The position numbers were made by a program, and so were the translations under genes. From assembly GCA_001938485.1 (NCBI GenBank), contig MQRK01243815.1, positions 27,616-78,401 on the forward strand: 50,786 bases of DNA, read 5' to 3'. The first letter of the stretch is position 1. Each line of letters opens with the position of its first letter. The stretch is from Girardia tigrina (taxonomy: Eukaryota). The notes under the pieces are model-generated. The model was not told the origin of the DNA and made no database searches. It worked only from the letters and a program-made list of their open reading frames with translations. Of this stretch, positions 24,807-37,430 are shown piece by piece.

Positions 24807-24976
24807 CCGTGTTTCTCGAAATATAAGGCACTGTCTCATTAATTTTGATGGAAAATTACCAGTAGGTCTTATACTAACATATTTATATTATATGTCTTAT
24901 ATTATATTCCCAAAAAGTCTTTAAATTTTGGACTAAGTCTTATACGGGTGGATGTCTTATATTTGGAGAAACACGG
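24807..24976. mobile_element. Tc2/pogo-type MITE
   Basis: TIR CCGTGTTTCTC(G/C)AAATATAAG with TA TSD. Confidence 0.85.
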
Positions 24977-25137
24977 TACATTTCAAATTAAATATTGTTT
25001 ACTTAATACTGTTTATAAAAGATTCCAAATTTATAAATAAAGTTAAATAATAACTTATTTCAAAATATATGTATTAAATGAAAAATTCTCAATTTAATAT
25101 GAAAAATTCTAACAATTTTAAATTTTATTTCATTCAG

Positions 25138-25381
25138 GTACTGTGTTTCAAGAATTTGAAGAAGGTCGTATTACGTTCATGCCAACCTACAAGTTTATTA
25201 TTGGTAAAAATGAATACCATGAATCTCGTATTCCTGCATACACTGATCGGATACTTTTTCGTAGCCATGTGACTGGAGGAATAGATTATTTATTATATAA
25301 ACCAGTTCAATCTTTTGTTTGTTCTGATCACAAGCCTGTTCAATTAATTTTAGAGGTTTCTATTGCAAGACAGGAGAATGA
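25138..25381 (+). CDS. INPP5E: INPP5E-like exon with second catalytic motif
   Basis: Bounded by ttcAG and GTAAGT. Translates TVFQEFEEGRITFMPTYKF...RIPAYTDRILFR...CSDHKPV (P.Y/WTDRIL and SDHKPV signatures). Confidence 0.95.
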
Positions 25382-25395
25382 GTAAGTCATTAATG

Positions 25396-25396
<1 letters not shown>

Positions 25397-25442
<46 letters not shown>

Positions 25443-25492
25443 NNNNNNNNNNNNNNNNNNNNNNNNNNNNNNNNNNNNNNNNNNNNNNNNNN

Positions 25493-25539
<47 letters not shown>
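25397..25539. repeat. (TA)n microsatellite spanning an N gap
   Basis: Directly visible. Confidence 0.95.
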
Positions 25540-25544
<5 letters not shown>

Positions 25545-25643
25545 AAATGTCCTAGTAAAAAATAAGTATCATACTTACTTTCTATCTTCAGTTTCATATT
25601 TCGAATATTTTTATAGAGAATTAATTATTTTATATTTATTTAG

Positions 25644-25690
25644 ATCTTTTAAAGCATTAGGGAGATTTAATAATGAAATTTACGAAAAAT
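25644..25690 (+). CDS. INPP5E: INPP5E-like microexon (ciliary-targeting region)
   Basis: Bounded by tttAG and GTAAGT. Translates SFKALGRFNNEIYEK, resembling vertebrate INPP5E AGKFDRELYL. Confidence 0.8.
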
Positions 25691-26424
25691 GTAAGTTTTT
25701 TTCGGTTTTTCTAATTTTTTACATAATGATTTTCAACTTTAAAAATATTTAAACTCTGTTTATTCAAGTTTATAGTTTCCTTTCACAAGATAAATTTTAA
25801 TGAAGAACTGATAAAATAGAGGGTTCAATGGTATATAACCCATCACATAGAATCATAGGGCACATATTTCCTGTTTTATTATATAGACTTTATTATTTAC
25901 ACTCCTAATTATTCTAACTTATTAATTTATATAATTGTTTTATTACGGTTTTATATATTTGACTCAGCTTTATTTTAATAGCTTCTAGTTGTATAGTTTG
26001 TTATATATTGTTTTGTGTTGTATATCGTATGATTGCGGTTCATATTTATGTTTTTTATTTGAAGTAACATCAGTATTTATATATTAATACAAAATATTTA
26101 TATCTTACATCCTCACCAAGAAAGCGTAGGTTTGTTTTAATTGTCTACGGATTTTAATACATCGCACCTAGAAGAAAACAAATCATCTTTTACATTCCCT
26201 GAAAGATGGGCTAATTCTCTAGTATTAAAAGAAAATTTATTGATTCCGTAAGTATATTTTACTAAATCAAATAAATTTAATTATAAGGTTTTCAAAAACC
26301 AATTCATTTAAGGGTGCATAGTTTGAAAGATTCTTCAATCTACAGTTTTTATTTTAGTTTTCCATCTGGTATAAATTTATCTAATTCAAATTTGAACGTA
26401 AATAAGTAATTATATGCATTTTAA

Positions 26425-28129
26425 CCCTAGAACCTTTACCGGGTTGTACCACAACCCCACATCAAATTTAAAATTACTGCTATTTTTTAAGGTGTCACTT
26501 GGTACTTTATGGATGCTTGAACAAGCAGGAATTAATGCATTGATATTATTTACCAGCGTAAATAATATCAATCTAGAGAACGAAGAAATTTTCTTTTCGA
26601 TTTAGGAATGCAGCTAATAAAACCTCACATGAAAGGTTACTGAGACCCATACAAAGGGATTTTAAAAAATCCATTAAAACTATCCTTGGTATAGAGGAAA
26701 ATGAAGAGAAAAGTCCTCCACCTGCAAAATTAGTGAGGCAAAGCCCCTGTGGATTATGTCCTCGAAAGGCAGATAGAAAGACGAATCATTTATGTTGTGT
26801 ATGGAAAAAACCAGTTTGTGGTTAACATAAATTGGAAATTTGTGTTGAATGTAATAAATAAAGTATATAAATTTCCTATTTCAGGTATTTTTGTTTATTA
26901 TTGTTGGGTATTTAATTTGAATTTGATTTTGAACACAAAAATCAGAAGGATTTGTTTGGTGTTCGGCGCTCAATTATCTGACCCAACGTTTAAACTCGAT
27001 GAACTCTTTGACTCCAATAAATAACAAAGCTTCTTCAATAATCGTTTATTTCAAATTACAATTTCAGTCTTGAGCAAAGGTTTGTACAAATTTTGAAATG
27101 ATTGGAGGCGAGAATGTAATGTGCTATACAGCTTAATATATTAGAATGATTTTTAGATCCTATACAGGAAACTTAATTTAATTTCTTTTTGCTTTATTAT
27201 TATTTTTTTATTCCTTTTTTTGTGTGAACAATATATAAAAATATTGCTCTATTTATACTAGAGCTTACCATATAAAAAAATAGATAAAATATAAAAAAAT
27301 AAAAATTATTATTTTTTTAAAATAAATTAATTTTAAAGACCATTAAGGCCATTACTAAAATTGATTAGGCCATTAGGCCGATAAAAATCTATTAGGCCAA
27401 TACGGCCGACAATTTGACAGGCCACTAAGGCCATTAATTATTAATCCATCAAATTATGCCATCAACCAAATTATATTAGGCCATTAAGGCCGTCAATTTG
27501 CAACTAGGCCATTAAGGCCGTTAACATCTGATCAGGCCGTATTAAATTTTATTAGTCGACTGACGTCAACTCTTAATTCTTTTTTTAAAAAGGGAATATT
27601 TCCCAAAAATTTTCATTTTTCCTAGGATCCCAAATTCGAAGTCAATCCGGGAATGAGGCGGTAGTTCCTCATTCCCAGGTATGATCGAAAGTGGATCCCG
27701 AAACATCCATTCATTTTTCCTTGATTTAATCTTATAATTCCTTTTCTTATGTAATTTTCAGGCAACATTACAGGCCCCCAAAATTCGGCACCATTCCGGG
27801 GAATGAGACGTAATAATCTCTCATTCCCAGGAATGACCGAAAGAGGAGCCTCAGGCTTCCAAAAATCCAAATTCATTTCATAAATACTTTTAAAAACATT
27901 TTCAAAAATATTATTCTTATTATTCACCAAAAACCACCATAAAGCCATCACCGACTATATACAACTTCATACAACCGTATGGTATATATTTATATATACA
28001 TATAATTTTATACTCAAGACCTCAACATTATCACCATATAAGATTATTTAAATATTAAAAATATATTGGGGTATTGGTGCACCCCGGGTACGTATAAACG
28101 ACTTTTCAATATGCCTAATGGTTCTATGG
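26425..28129 (+). mobile_element. Internally deleted piggyBac element
   Basis: TTAA-CCCTAGAACC and GGTTCTATGG-TTAA ends with subterminal inverted repeats. Transposase tail AGINALIL, RRNFL..LGMQLIKPHM and Cys-rich CGLCPRK.DRKT..C....KPVC..H. Confidence 0.85.
27335..27545. repeat. Degenerate tandem GGCCATTAAGGCC repeats (MITE/MULE-type terminus)
   Basis: Multiple GGCCATTA(A)GGCC units. Confidence 0.6.
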
Positions 28130-28138
28130 TTAAATTAA

Positions 28139-28370
28139 CCCTTTCTCTCGCAGTGTTGTTTTACAACAACATTAAGTTTATTAGCTGAGAAATTTTAAGC
28201 AACAGAAATTCCACTATTTATTTTAGTGTTGTGCTACAACAACATTGCGAATATTTATATTGATTTAGGGAAACTTGAATGAATTAATTTTATGTTTTCA
28301 CGCTTGGAGTGTAATTAAAAATAACATGTAAACTTAATGTTGTTGTAAAACAACACTGCGAAAGAAAGGG
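28139..28370. mobile_element. piggyBac-type MITE
   Basis: About 42-bp TIR CCCTTTCT(C/T)TCGCAGTGTTGTTTTACAACAACATTAAGTTTA with TTAA TSD. Confidence 0.9.
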
Positions 28371-29472
28371 TTAATTATGGTTTGCCTAATACTAATTATA
28401 GAAGATTCGAAATTTACAGTGTCGAATGGTTACTTCAAACATTCGACAATCCGAATACCCACTAGTCCGACCGTTCGGATTATGAAATATAATATAGATC
28501 GTTTAATAAAATTCATTTATACGGAAAATAATACATAAAATCATAAGTATCATATAAAATGTTAATCATTTAAACTTTATTTTTGTAAGTTAGGCTTCTA
28601 AATTTTTATTAATTTATCTTATAATTTTACCGTTTTTTATTAATTTTCTACGTTCCAACCCTAACTCTAACCTATTGTGCTCACTTAACAAGCTTATTAA
28701 ATTTGGTATTTTTTATTTAAATTTAAAGTGATTGACTATTCGAACATAATTAAAAAATTAATTAAACATAAAAATTTGATAAGTTCATATTTTTAATTTT
28801 ACAAGTAAAATTAAGTGTAATAATTTTTAGTAAAATTTAAATTAAATGCATTTTTAATAAATTGATGACATTTTTATTATTTTGTGGGATTTATTGAGAA
28901 ATGGTAAAAATTATTATTTTTTAATTAATATTTTTAGAGGTTAAATATTTTTAAAAAATAACTTAGAAAAATTGTTCGAATAATCATGATTAAAAACAGA
29001 AATAAGAAAACCAATTAGAAGGATGACAAACGATGAAAGACTTTCTGAGAGTCATAATGACTCTAAATGTGATTGTAATAAAAATTCAAACGAGGCTTGT
29101 TTAAATGTTCTTAATACTGACTATTATTTTTTACAAGAAATTATGTATCTCATTTTGTTCTAATTTCAAGTCGCAAACGTTAGAGGTACAAATTTTAAAG
29201 TAAAAAATACTGTATTTGGTTGAGGATTTTTCTTTTTTTTGCAAAAATTAAAATTTTATTTTTTAACAAAAAAGTTACTACAAATTATTCACAAGTATAA
29301 TCTCCGCCATTGTTCACGAGTTCTTCCCAACGTTCAACGAGTTTTTCAATACCTCTTTTGTGGAAATCGCCCGGTCTTGACTCAAAAATTGATTAATTGA
29401 TTGATTGACTAAAAATTGATTAAAAATTCAAAAAACGGTGGGAACTTATTCCTCAACCTAATAAAAGGTTAA

Positions 29473-29888
29473 CTTCTTAACGTGCACTGACGAGTAAATT
29501 CGTTCGCGCTAAAATGCAAAACCGTGCAGAAACGAGTTAACTCGGTCACGCACACTAAACTCGCCAAACAAATTCAATGGCTTGGGGGTTATTTTGTACA
29601 TTCCCAATACGTGATTTTTCACGATTCGGCCATAATTCGACAAAATTTTACTGATAATGTTTTTTCTGAAATGGAAATTCGAAAAGAAAGATAAAAAAAG
29701 TCGATGTGTGTGTGATTTACAATATTCGACTATTTTTTGCAATATGCATTAAAATTCAAAATTATAGCAAAAATTTTAATTATTTTTATATTTTTGTAAT
29801 TTATTGCCAAGACAACGTTCTAAACTGTGTTTTTTTACAAAAAAAGATTTTTTTGGTCGTTTTTTTCAAAAAAATGTGCTTTATGGGG
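29473..29888. mobile_element. piggyBac-type MITE (degenerate)
   Basis: Flanked by TTAA. Subterminal palindromes ACGAGTAAATTCGT and CGAGTTAACTCG; right end GGGG-TTAA. Confidence 0.5.
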
Positions 29889-30982
29889 TTAATAACATTT
29901 TTTGAAATTTCTATTTAATCAACTTGTTATTATTTTTTAAAATTTATTTATAAAATATATTCTAATTTCAAATAAAATTATTAAATTTAATTTACACTAA
30001 ACTATAATTAATTTCAAATAATTTGTAAAACTATTTAACTTAATTTTAATTTCTTTAAAATTAATTTCGTAGTGGCATTTTATTATAAATTTACATTATA
30101 AATTTTATCCCGTTTATTATTTATTTTAAAAGCTTTTACTAATTATTTCCTTATTAAAATATATCGACTTTATTTAATGTAAGCTTATTAGATTTTAAAC
30201 TTTGTTTTTTTAATATAATAATTTAATTTTTGTTACAATTTTAAATTAAAAAAAAATACAGATTAATTGTTGAATTGAAAATTTTAACTAACTCCACATA
30301 AACTTTAAAATCAACTTTAATTGAAATTAAACATAATTTCAGGTCGTTTTTAAAATTTTTGTCTTTTAAATATTGAATATTTTCTGTTTCAAGCTATTAA
30401 GATTTAATGAAATATTTAAAGTTTTTTTCTATTATTGAAATATTTAAACGTTTATGATAATTTAAAAAATTGTTACATTTGGTAATTTTAAAACATCTTT
30501 TATACTTATTAATTTCGAAAATTGAAAATTAAAAGCTTTATTTATTAAACTATATTGTAAAGATTTATTTCATGTTAAGTAAGTTATTTTGAGAAATTAT
30601 TCTTATCCGATAGTTTTGATCAAGCTTTATAATGTTTATTTACTTAACAAGTATAAAAGAAAGCAGTTGTAATAAAGTCACAGTACTAAGATGATTAAAG
30701 TCCTTTGAATTTGTAATGCGTTTACTTTTAATACTTAAGAAGAGTTAGGTTTTCTAAACGATGTCTCATTTTCCTAATTAAAACTTATCACATTAGGTTT
30801 TGTTTCTATCGCATTTCGATTCTGTGCCGTTCAATCGTAATAAATAAGTTCGTTATAATATATTTGTTATTATCCTATCCGAAAATTATATCAAACATTA
30901 TTAAATTTGAAAATGTATAGAACAATGACTAGTTTTTAAAATCATTATTGATAAAGTCATTAATAAATTTTTATTTTCATAG

Positions 30983-31027
30983 TTATTAACAACATCAATA
31001 TGAGTTTTTTAAATTTAAATATATCAA
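30983..31027 (+). CDS. Possible additional 45-nt symmetric (phase 1-1) INPP5E exon
   Basis: Polypyrimidine tract plus catAG acceptor and GTAAAT donor. Open in the required frame (INNINMSFLNLNIS). No homology support. Confidence 0.4.
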
Positions 31028-31837
31028 GTAAATACTACATTCCAAGGGGTTTATTCACACCGACTTAGAAAAAATGATTGAGAGCAAACGAACATCACAG
31101 ACTGCTCACCTTACTCAGAATATCTTCACTCAATCACCTGCGTCTCGATCAGCACAACAAAAGACACCAACAACAGTTGTGAAGAACACCAAGAAACCAC
31201 GACCGGCCTCCAAAATGATTCCTAAGTCAGAAAAGAAACCAGACCTGGTGAAGAAGAAGATGGAGATGATATATGCTTTTGATGAAGATGGGTTCACTCT
31301 TGTTGACAAGAAGCGCAAAATAGCGAAGAAGCCATCTCCAGAAACAAAGAAATCCACACAATGACGGGATGGGCCCATCCCATCAACAAAAGCAGGGATG
31401 GATTGTCCACCCTCATATGTGGATAATGAATGCATTATAGAGAATGTGCAGGTTCCAAAGGTGATGACAACAGTCAACTCAATGTGGTTTAATAGTGAGC
31501 GCATTGGCTTTTACTTTAGGAACCATGCAGCTCTGATGACAGAAGAATGATGAAAAATGGACGAAACAAAACAGTGCCGGTCGATTTGCGAGAAGTCTGA
31601 TTTCTACAATTAGCTTCCACGGTGCGATTCCACTCCACCGTTCTCGTCATTTCCACCGAGGCTCTTGTTCGAATTTTTTAACCTTATTTTATTCCCTGCA
31701 ATCAACAATTTAACCATCAGTTATATTTATTTATTTTATTTTATCTTAAAAATCTCGAACATCAACTTTATTTTTTAAATAGTCTAAAATTCATTGCTAT
31801 AATTACTTGAGGATAAAATTTACTATATATTTTTCAG

Positions 31838-31896
31838 ATCAAAGTATTAGTTCAAACAATGCAACATCACAAAGCAGAACTTGCTCAATTCAATGA
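31838..31896 (+). CDS. INPP5E: INPP5E-like terminal exon ending in CaaX
   Basis: tttcAG acceptor, then QSISSNNATSQSRTCSIQ-TGA. Phase 1 matches the upstream exon, and CSIQ is a farnesylation-type CaaX like the INPP5E C-terminus. Confidence 0.85.
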
Positions 31897-32269
31897 AATC
31901 AAACATGAGAATACCTTTAGTTTTAATTTTTTCTTGTATTTTGTATGAAAGATTGTTATTTTTATTATTGTTTTAGATAAACAACTTTATTTTTCAAAAT
32001 CAGATTTTGTTTCTGATAAATATTTGTGATACAAATTTCTATCATTGTAATAAATGTTGTACTATTTCCTTTTACGATTCAGAATGACTGATGGAATTGA
32101 GTTATGTCATTCTCATTAAAGATTGTGAGAAGATTTCACAGAATTTTATCACTTATCTATTCAAAATAAAATGAAAATTGGGGATCTTGTGTACCAATTA
32201 TAGTAAAAAATCTAAATTACTGTCTTTTCATTTATTGCAATATCAGAATATCAATAATGTATATTTTCT

Positions 32270-32641
32270 GGTTTATACCCATAACAACGAATTACATAAC
32301 AGCGAATCCCAAAACAACTATTTACTTTCCAAATAGAAAAAAAGTCACTCAGATATAAAATTTTATTTTAAGGAAATTCCAACGGTCTTCCTAAAATACA
32401 TAAAGATGGAGTTCCAATGCGACTGGTTCTATCTATAAAAAATATATTGATATTAAAAAAAATATCTTAATACAAAAATTCTCAAATTTAAATGACAAAA
32501 ATCTCATTTTAAAATGAAAATTTTCTTTCACTGTTTTGCAGAATTCGCTGTTTTAATGAATTGCTGCTTTTGGATTCGCTGTTTTGAGAATCGCTATTAT
32601 GGGATTCGCTGTTATGTAATTCGCTGTTTTCGGGTATAACC
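32270..32641. mobile_element. MULE/foldback-type MITE with AACAGCGAAT subrepeats
   Basis: GGTT(T)ATACCC inverted termini with about 15-bp tandem subrepeats. No TSD found. Confidence 0.7.
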
Positions 32642-32826
32642 TGTGAGAGACAGGTCACTCTTAAAATTTTTGAAATAATTAATTTTTGTAAAGAATTTCT
32701 AAAATAAGAAAATATCTAAAATCAAAAGTTTTCTAAACGATTATAAATATCTTTAATTAACTTTAAAAAGTATTTTCAAAAATAATTCAATTTTGTTAGT
32801 TTAAAGAAAATCTTAAAATGAAATTA

Positions 32827-34435
32827 CTGTAAAATCCCGAGTATAAGCTGCAACACGTATTGACTGCAGAGAGTCTATTTCTGGAAGTGTACTTTTTAGT
32901 TGTATAAGCTGCAACACGTATTAGCTGCACTATTTGCAACAGATTTTCCACTTTTTATCATGCTGCTCATTTGTCCTTGCAAGAAAATATTGACTGTCTA
33001 TCTATATTGTAAAGGTAGGAATTTTAAGTAGTTTTTTAGGGTTTTATGTTTTTACTTTTACTTTCTTTTTAGAATGACTGAACAAATTTGATCTGGTACA
33101 ACTGATTTATAAAATGCTACCTGTTAATGAAATAGTAAGAATTTATGATTTTGTTTAAATATTACTGCAAGGTCATTTTCATTTTGTATGATTTTTTATC
33201 CGTAACAATGGCTGACAACGGAGAACCAAACCAAAAGAAACTACGAATATCTTTTACTTCAGCAAAGAAGAAAGAAATTATTGAATTAGCACGTCAATTA
33301 GGAAATACAAGAGAAGCTGCGCGACGATATGGAATTAACGAAACTGTGATTCGACGGTGGAGCGCCCAAGAACGTGTTATCAAAACAATGAATCCAAATC
33401 GAAGAGCGTTGCGTGGTGGCAATGCTAGATACCCAGAATTGGAATGTAAATTATACGAATGGGTGGTAAAGCAACGTGAACGCAAACTTCAAGTGTCAGT
33501 TACACAAATTCGATTACAAGCACAACTTATTGCCAAAGAGATGAAGGTTAAAAGATTTATTGCGAGCTCCCAGTGGGCCGATAATTTTATGAAACGCAAA
33601 AAATTTGGTGTTCGACGGCCAACAACAAAGCAAACAGTGGGAATTTCAAGTAGCTAAGTTTAGAAGCATCATCACTGACTTGGTAAAGGATTTGCCCGAT
33701 AATCAAATCGGGAATTTTGATGAAGTGTTCATTCAATGTGACATGCCTTTAGATTATATAGTTGATACTAAAGGTGCCACCGAAGTTCGAATTAAAACTG
33801 CAGGACACGAGAAAAAACGTTTTACTGTCAATCTATGTGTTCTCAAAGATGGTACTAAAATTCCTCCAAAGAGTCCAAAGTAGCTATCATTCCAGCCGGA
33901 CTGATATCAAAGCTGCAGCCATTGGATCTCACTGTTAACAGTTCCTTCAAATCTAAATTGCGCAAGAAGTGGGAGGATTGGATCATCAATGAATATGAGA
34001 ATATCAAATGTACTAAGTCAAACAATATGAAAGCCGCTGACTGGGATACTATTTTTGAATGAATTGTCTCTTCTTGGGAAGAAATAAATATTTCAACCAT
34101 TTTGAATGGCTTCCGAGTTTCTTTCGGTGAAGATGATGTTCTTGAAACTAAAGGGAATGAAACTGAAGTGAATANNNNNAGACCAAGTATTGTAGAAATT
34201 CCTGAATTTGCCAATTTACTAGAAAATTTCACTGTAATTGAGGATGAAAATACTGATGGCTTTGAAGAGTGTGACGTTGAAAATTTGGATGTACATGTAA
34301 ATAAATAAAAAATTTTATTTTCAAATTACTAGTAAATGATTTTTAGTCGTATAAGCTGCGCATCGTATTAGCTGCAGCGCAAAAATGTCTTATTTTTACA
34401 CGAATAAGCTGCAGCTTATACTCGGGATTTTACAG
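32827..34435 (+). mobile_element. pogo/Tc2-type (POGK-like) DNA transposon, pseudogenised
   Basis: Perfect 26-bp TIR CTGTAAAATCCCGAGTATAAGCTGCA with TA TSD. Brinker-like DBD, CENP-B HTH (YPELE..LYEWV..QR) and DDE_1 motifs (IGNFDE, GHEKKRFTV.L, KLQPLD). Confidence 0.93.
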
Positions 34436-35601
34436 TAATTGTGAAATAATTGATTTGGAATAAATATATAGAACCAAGGATAATTATGTTTTGGATTAAT
34501 TTTAAAAATTATTCTGGAAAATAAATTAATGAAATATTATTATCAGAAAGGTAATTAAAACAACAGATAGTTTTGAATCTTAAAGTCAGTATGAAATTCT
34601 GCAAATTAAAGATTTGACAAATAATTAATTCTAAACAGTTTTCGTAAAAAATAAAAATTAAAACTTTTATCATTAATATATCGTAATAATATAATAATAA
34701 GTTTGAATATTGTAAATTATTTTTTGTATTTAAATTGTATAGATACTAAAGGATTTTTAATTAAAATTGAGCTAAAACATTTAAATAAGTTTTAAATGAT
34801 AAATATCTTTTGTTAAGTTAATTAAAATATGTAAAAAATGAACGAATAAATCGTTAAAATAATTTTGGGTAATAAAATGTTTTTGAATTGAAAAAATGAT
34901 AATAAATAAAACGTTAAAATTTTTTATTAATTAAAACGGTTTTACAAATAAAATAACATTAAACTAATTCTCAAGTAATAAAAAATCTTTGTTAATTTAG
35001 TTAAAATATGACTAAAATAAATTATGTTGCTTTTGTTTTAAATGAAATTTTATAAAATAGTGAAATGTTAATTTTCAAATGAAGAGAATAAAAAAATAAA
35101 AATTCAATTTTAAAATAGCTTGTCAGTATTTATAATCCTATATTTTTATATATAAAGAATCTGGTCACAAAAAAAGAAAAGTTCTTCGACAAAAAATTGT
35201 TTAAATAATTTTTATTTGTGTTATAAATAAATTTTGGTGTTAATGAATTATAATCTTGATCAAGAACCCAACAAAACCTATTTTCTTATATTTATTAATA
35301 TTCAATAACATAATTAATGATGAAATCAAATCAATGTATTTTTCCATTCTTTTTTGTTAGCTTACTTTCTATATATATGTATGTATCCATGGAATTTAGA
35401 AACCTGTTTTTTGAAGGCATTCTACTCAATCAATTTTCTCCAAAATTTGCACACTTACTCATTTTTAATGACAATAAATGATAATGTGAAAATTTGATCA
35501 AAAAAACTTTTTAATGTCTCAGAATTGGGAAAAAACGGTTCCATCGGAATTTCTGAATAATATTAGTATAAAATGATATACTTATAAATTATAAGTAGTT
35601 T

Positions 35602-36337
35602 CATAGGCGCCCGCAGGATTTTTTCAAAGGGGGGCCAAATAAAAACGTTTCTTAGGTAGAATTTTTCTAGAGGGGGCAAATTTTTAAACTTCTACTAAGT
35701 AGAATTTTTTAAAAATTGCTATTTATTTATTTATTTTCCTTCTCATCAATTTCGAAATCATCAAAACATAAATCACACTAATAAACCACTGCTTACACTT
35801 TAGACAACATTAAAAAGAAAATATTAAATTGATTTTTATCAGAACACGCATTTTTTTCAAAAGTGTTTTATTTACAACCACAAATTATTTTGTGAAAAGA
35901 AATTGCAACCTTCTGTTTTCTAACGCAAACCGATTAAGGACATTTATAAAATATTGTTCTTGAATTTTTTCTATTATATAACGATGGACACTCATTTTGC
36001 AAAGGCCATTCAGTCTATTCTCTACCATAGTTGACCGTAACCAGGTTTTAAACCTGTGTAGAGTACTAAATGACCTTTCTACTGTAAAAGTAGTAACTGG
36101 AATTGTCAATGCCAGAGTAAGAGCCAAAGAAACAGAAAGATAAAATACTTACGAATGCTGTATTATATCTAAGAAAATCAAATTTCGAATACCATTTATG
36201 GGTTTATCGTTCCAATATGCAAACCAAAATGTAGCATCTGCTATGAAATTTAATTTACTAATTATATTTTGTTTTTTGTACACATTTAATTTTTTCCAGG
36301 GGGGGATGCCCCCTTGTCCCTCTTCAGGGCGCCTATG
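35602..36337 (-). mobile_element. Non-autonomous hAT element with a dimerisation-domain remnant
   Basis: TIR CATAGGCGCCC. Remnant TIPVTTFTVERSFSTL.R.KTWLRSTM..RLNGL. Confidence 0.85.
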
Positions 36338-36919
36338 AATAAATAGGTTATATTATTTTTTATTGTTTTTTAGAAATTATTTTTTTTGATTAAAAATTTT
36401 GTGGCAAAGTAGAATTCTGTCTGCATAAAGAATGGATATAATAAATTTAATTTTTTGTATTACTAGTTAAAAGGTATTTTCAATTTTAAATGAATTTCTT
36501 AATAAACTAATAGGTTTCAACTTAATATTTTAGATGACTTGTGCTGGTATAGTTTTAATTATTTTTGACAATTTTTAGGTGTGTATCGACTGATTCATCT
36601 GTCTGAATAATGAGTTTTACCATGCGACTTTAAGAATGATTTTGTATACAAAATTAATAGTCATTTGTTAGAAACATTTTAACAACTATGACTTAAAAAA
36701 TTAAAATTTTTTAGTAATTTAGGGTTTTCATTTCTATTTGGACTTTTTGCATTTCAATTTGGGCCATGAGGGTTAAAATTTTTATTTTTGCATTTCAATT
36801 TGGACTTTCAATATTTAATATTTCAATTAAGGCCTTTAAGGTCTTTAAAGCAATAAAAATAAATTGATTAAAATTTCATCACACATCAAAAAAACTATTT
36901 CTAATTTGAATCTACCAAA

Positions 36920-37330
36920 ATGTCTGAGAATAACGAGCACGAAGCCGAGGAGAATAAACAAAGCGGAAGGACGGGTACTTACGGAAAACACAGTTTGGAG
37001 ATCAGGAATACTGTGATTCGCCTTTACACAAATAATCAGAGTGTTCTACAAATTGCTTCAAACCTTTCAGTGCCTAAATATACGATTAAGAACATTATTA
37101 AAAGGTTTGTAGAAACAGGCTCAGCTGGTGTTTTGGTTAAGGGTAGTTCGTACAATATTAAATGTACAGCAGAAAAGAGAATGCTAATGAAAGAGCTTTT
37201 AAATGAGCAATGTACACATACATTAAAATACCTTCAAGAGAAAATTTGTGAAAGGTTTAATGTACAGTTGTGCTTAAGTGCAATAAAATTCTATTTAGAC
37301 CTCATTAATTTTGTATTGAATTTGTACTTA
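36920..37330 (+). mobile_element. Tc1/IS630-like transposase N-terminal HTH fragment
   Basis: Motifs QIASNLSVPKYTIKNIIKRFVETG and TLKYLQEKI.ERFNV. Confidence 0.7.
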
Positions 37331-37430
37331 TATTTATTACCTTATTTTGTATAAATTTGTTACCGTTTGTAACTTTTGTGAGTAGTTTTGGAAGCTCTTT
37401 TAAATTTTTTGAATTAAACAAAACATTTTA

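Noticed and set aside
25363-25545. YIYIYI ORF
   Set aside because: Translation of a (TA)n microsatellite plus a gap.
29486-29545. CTGACGAG...GAAAC resembling a hammerhead core
   Set aside because: No stem II closes onto GAAA. The motifs are the subterminal ACGAG-TWAA-YTCG palindromes of a piggyBac-type MITE.
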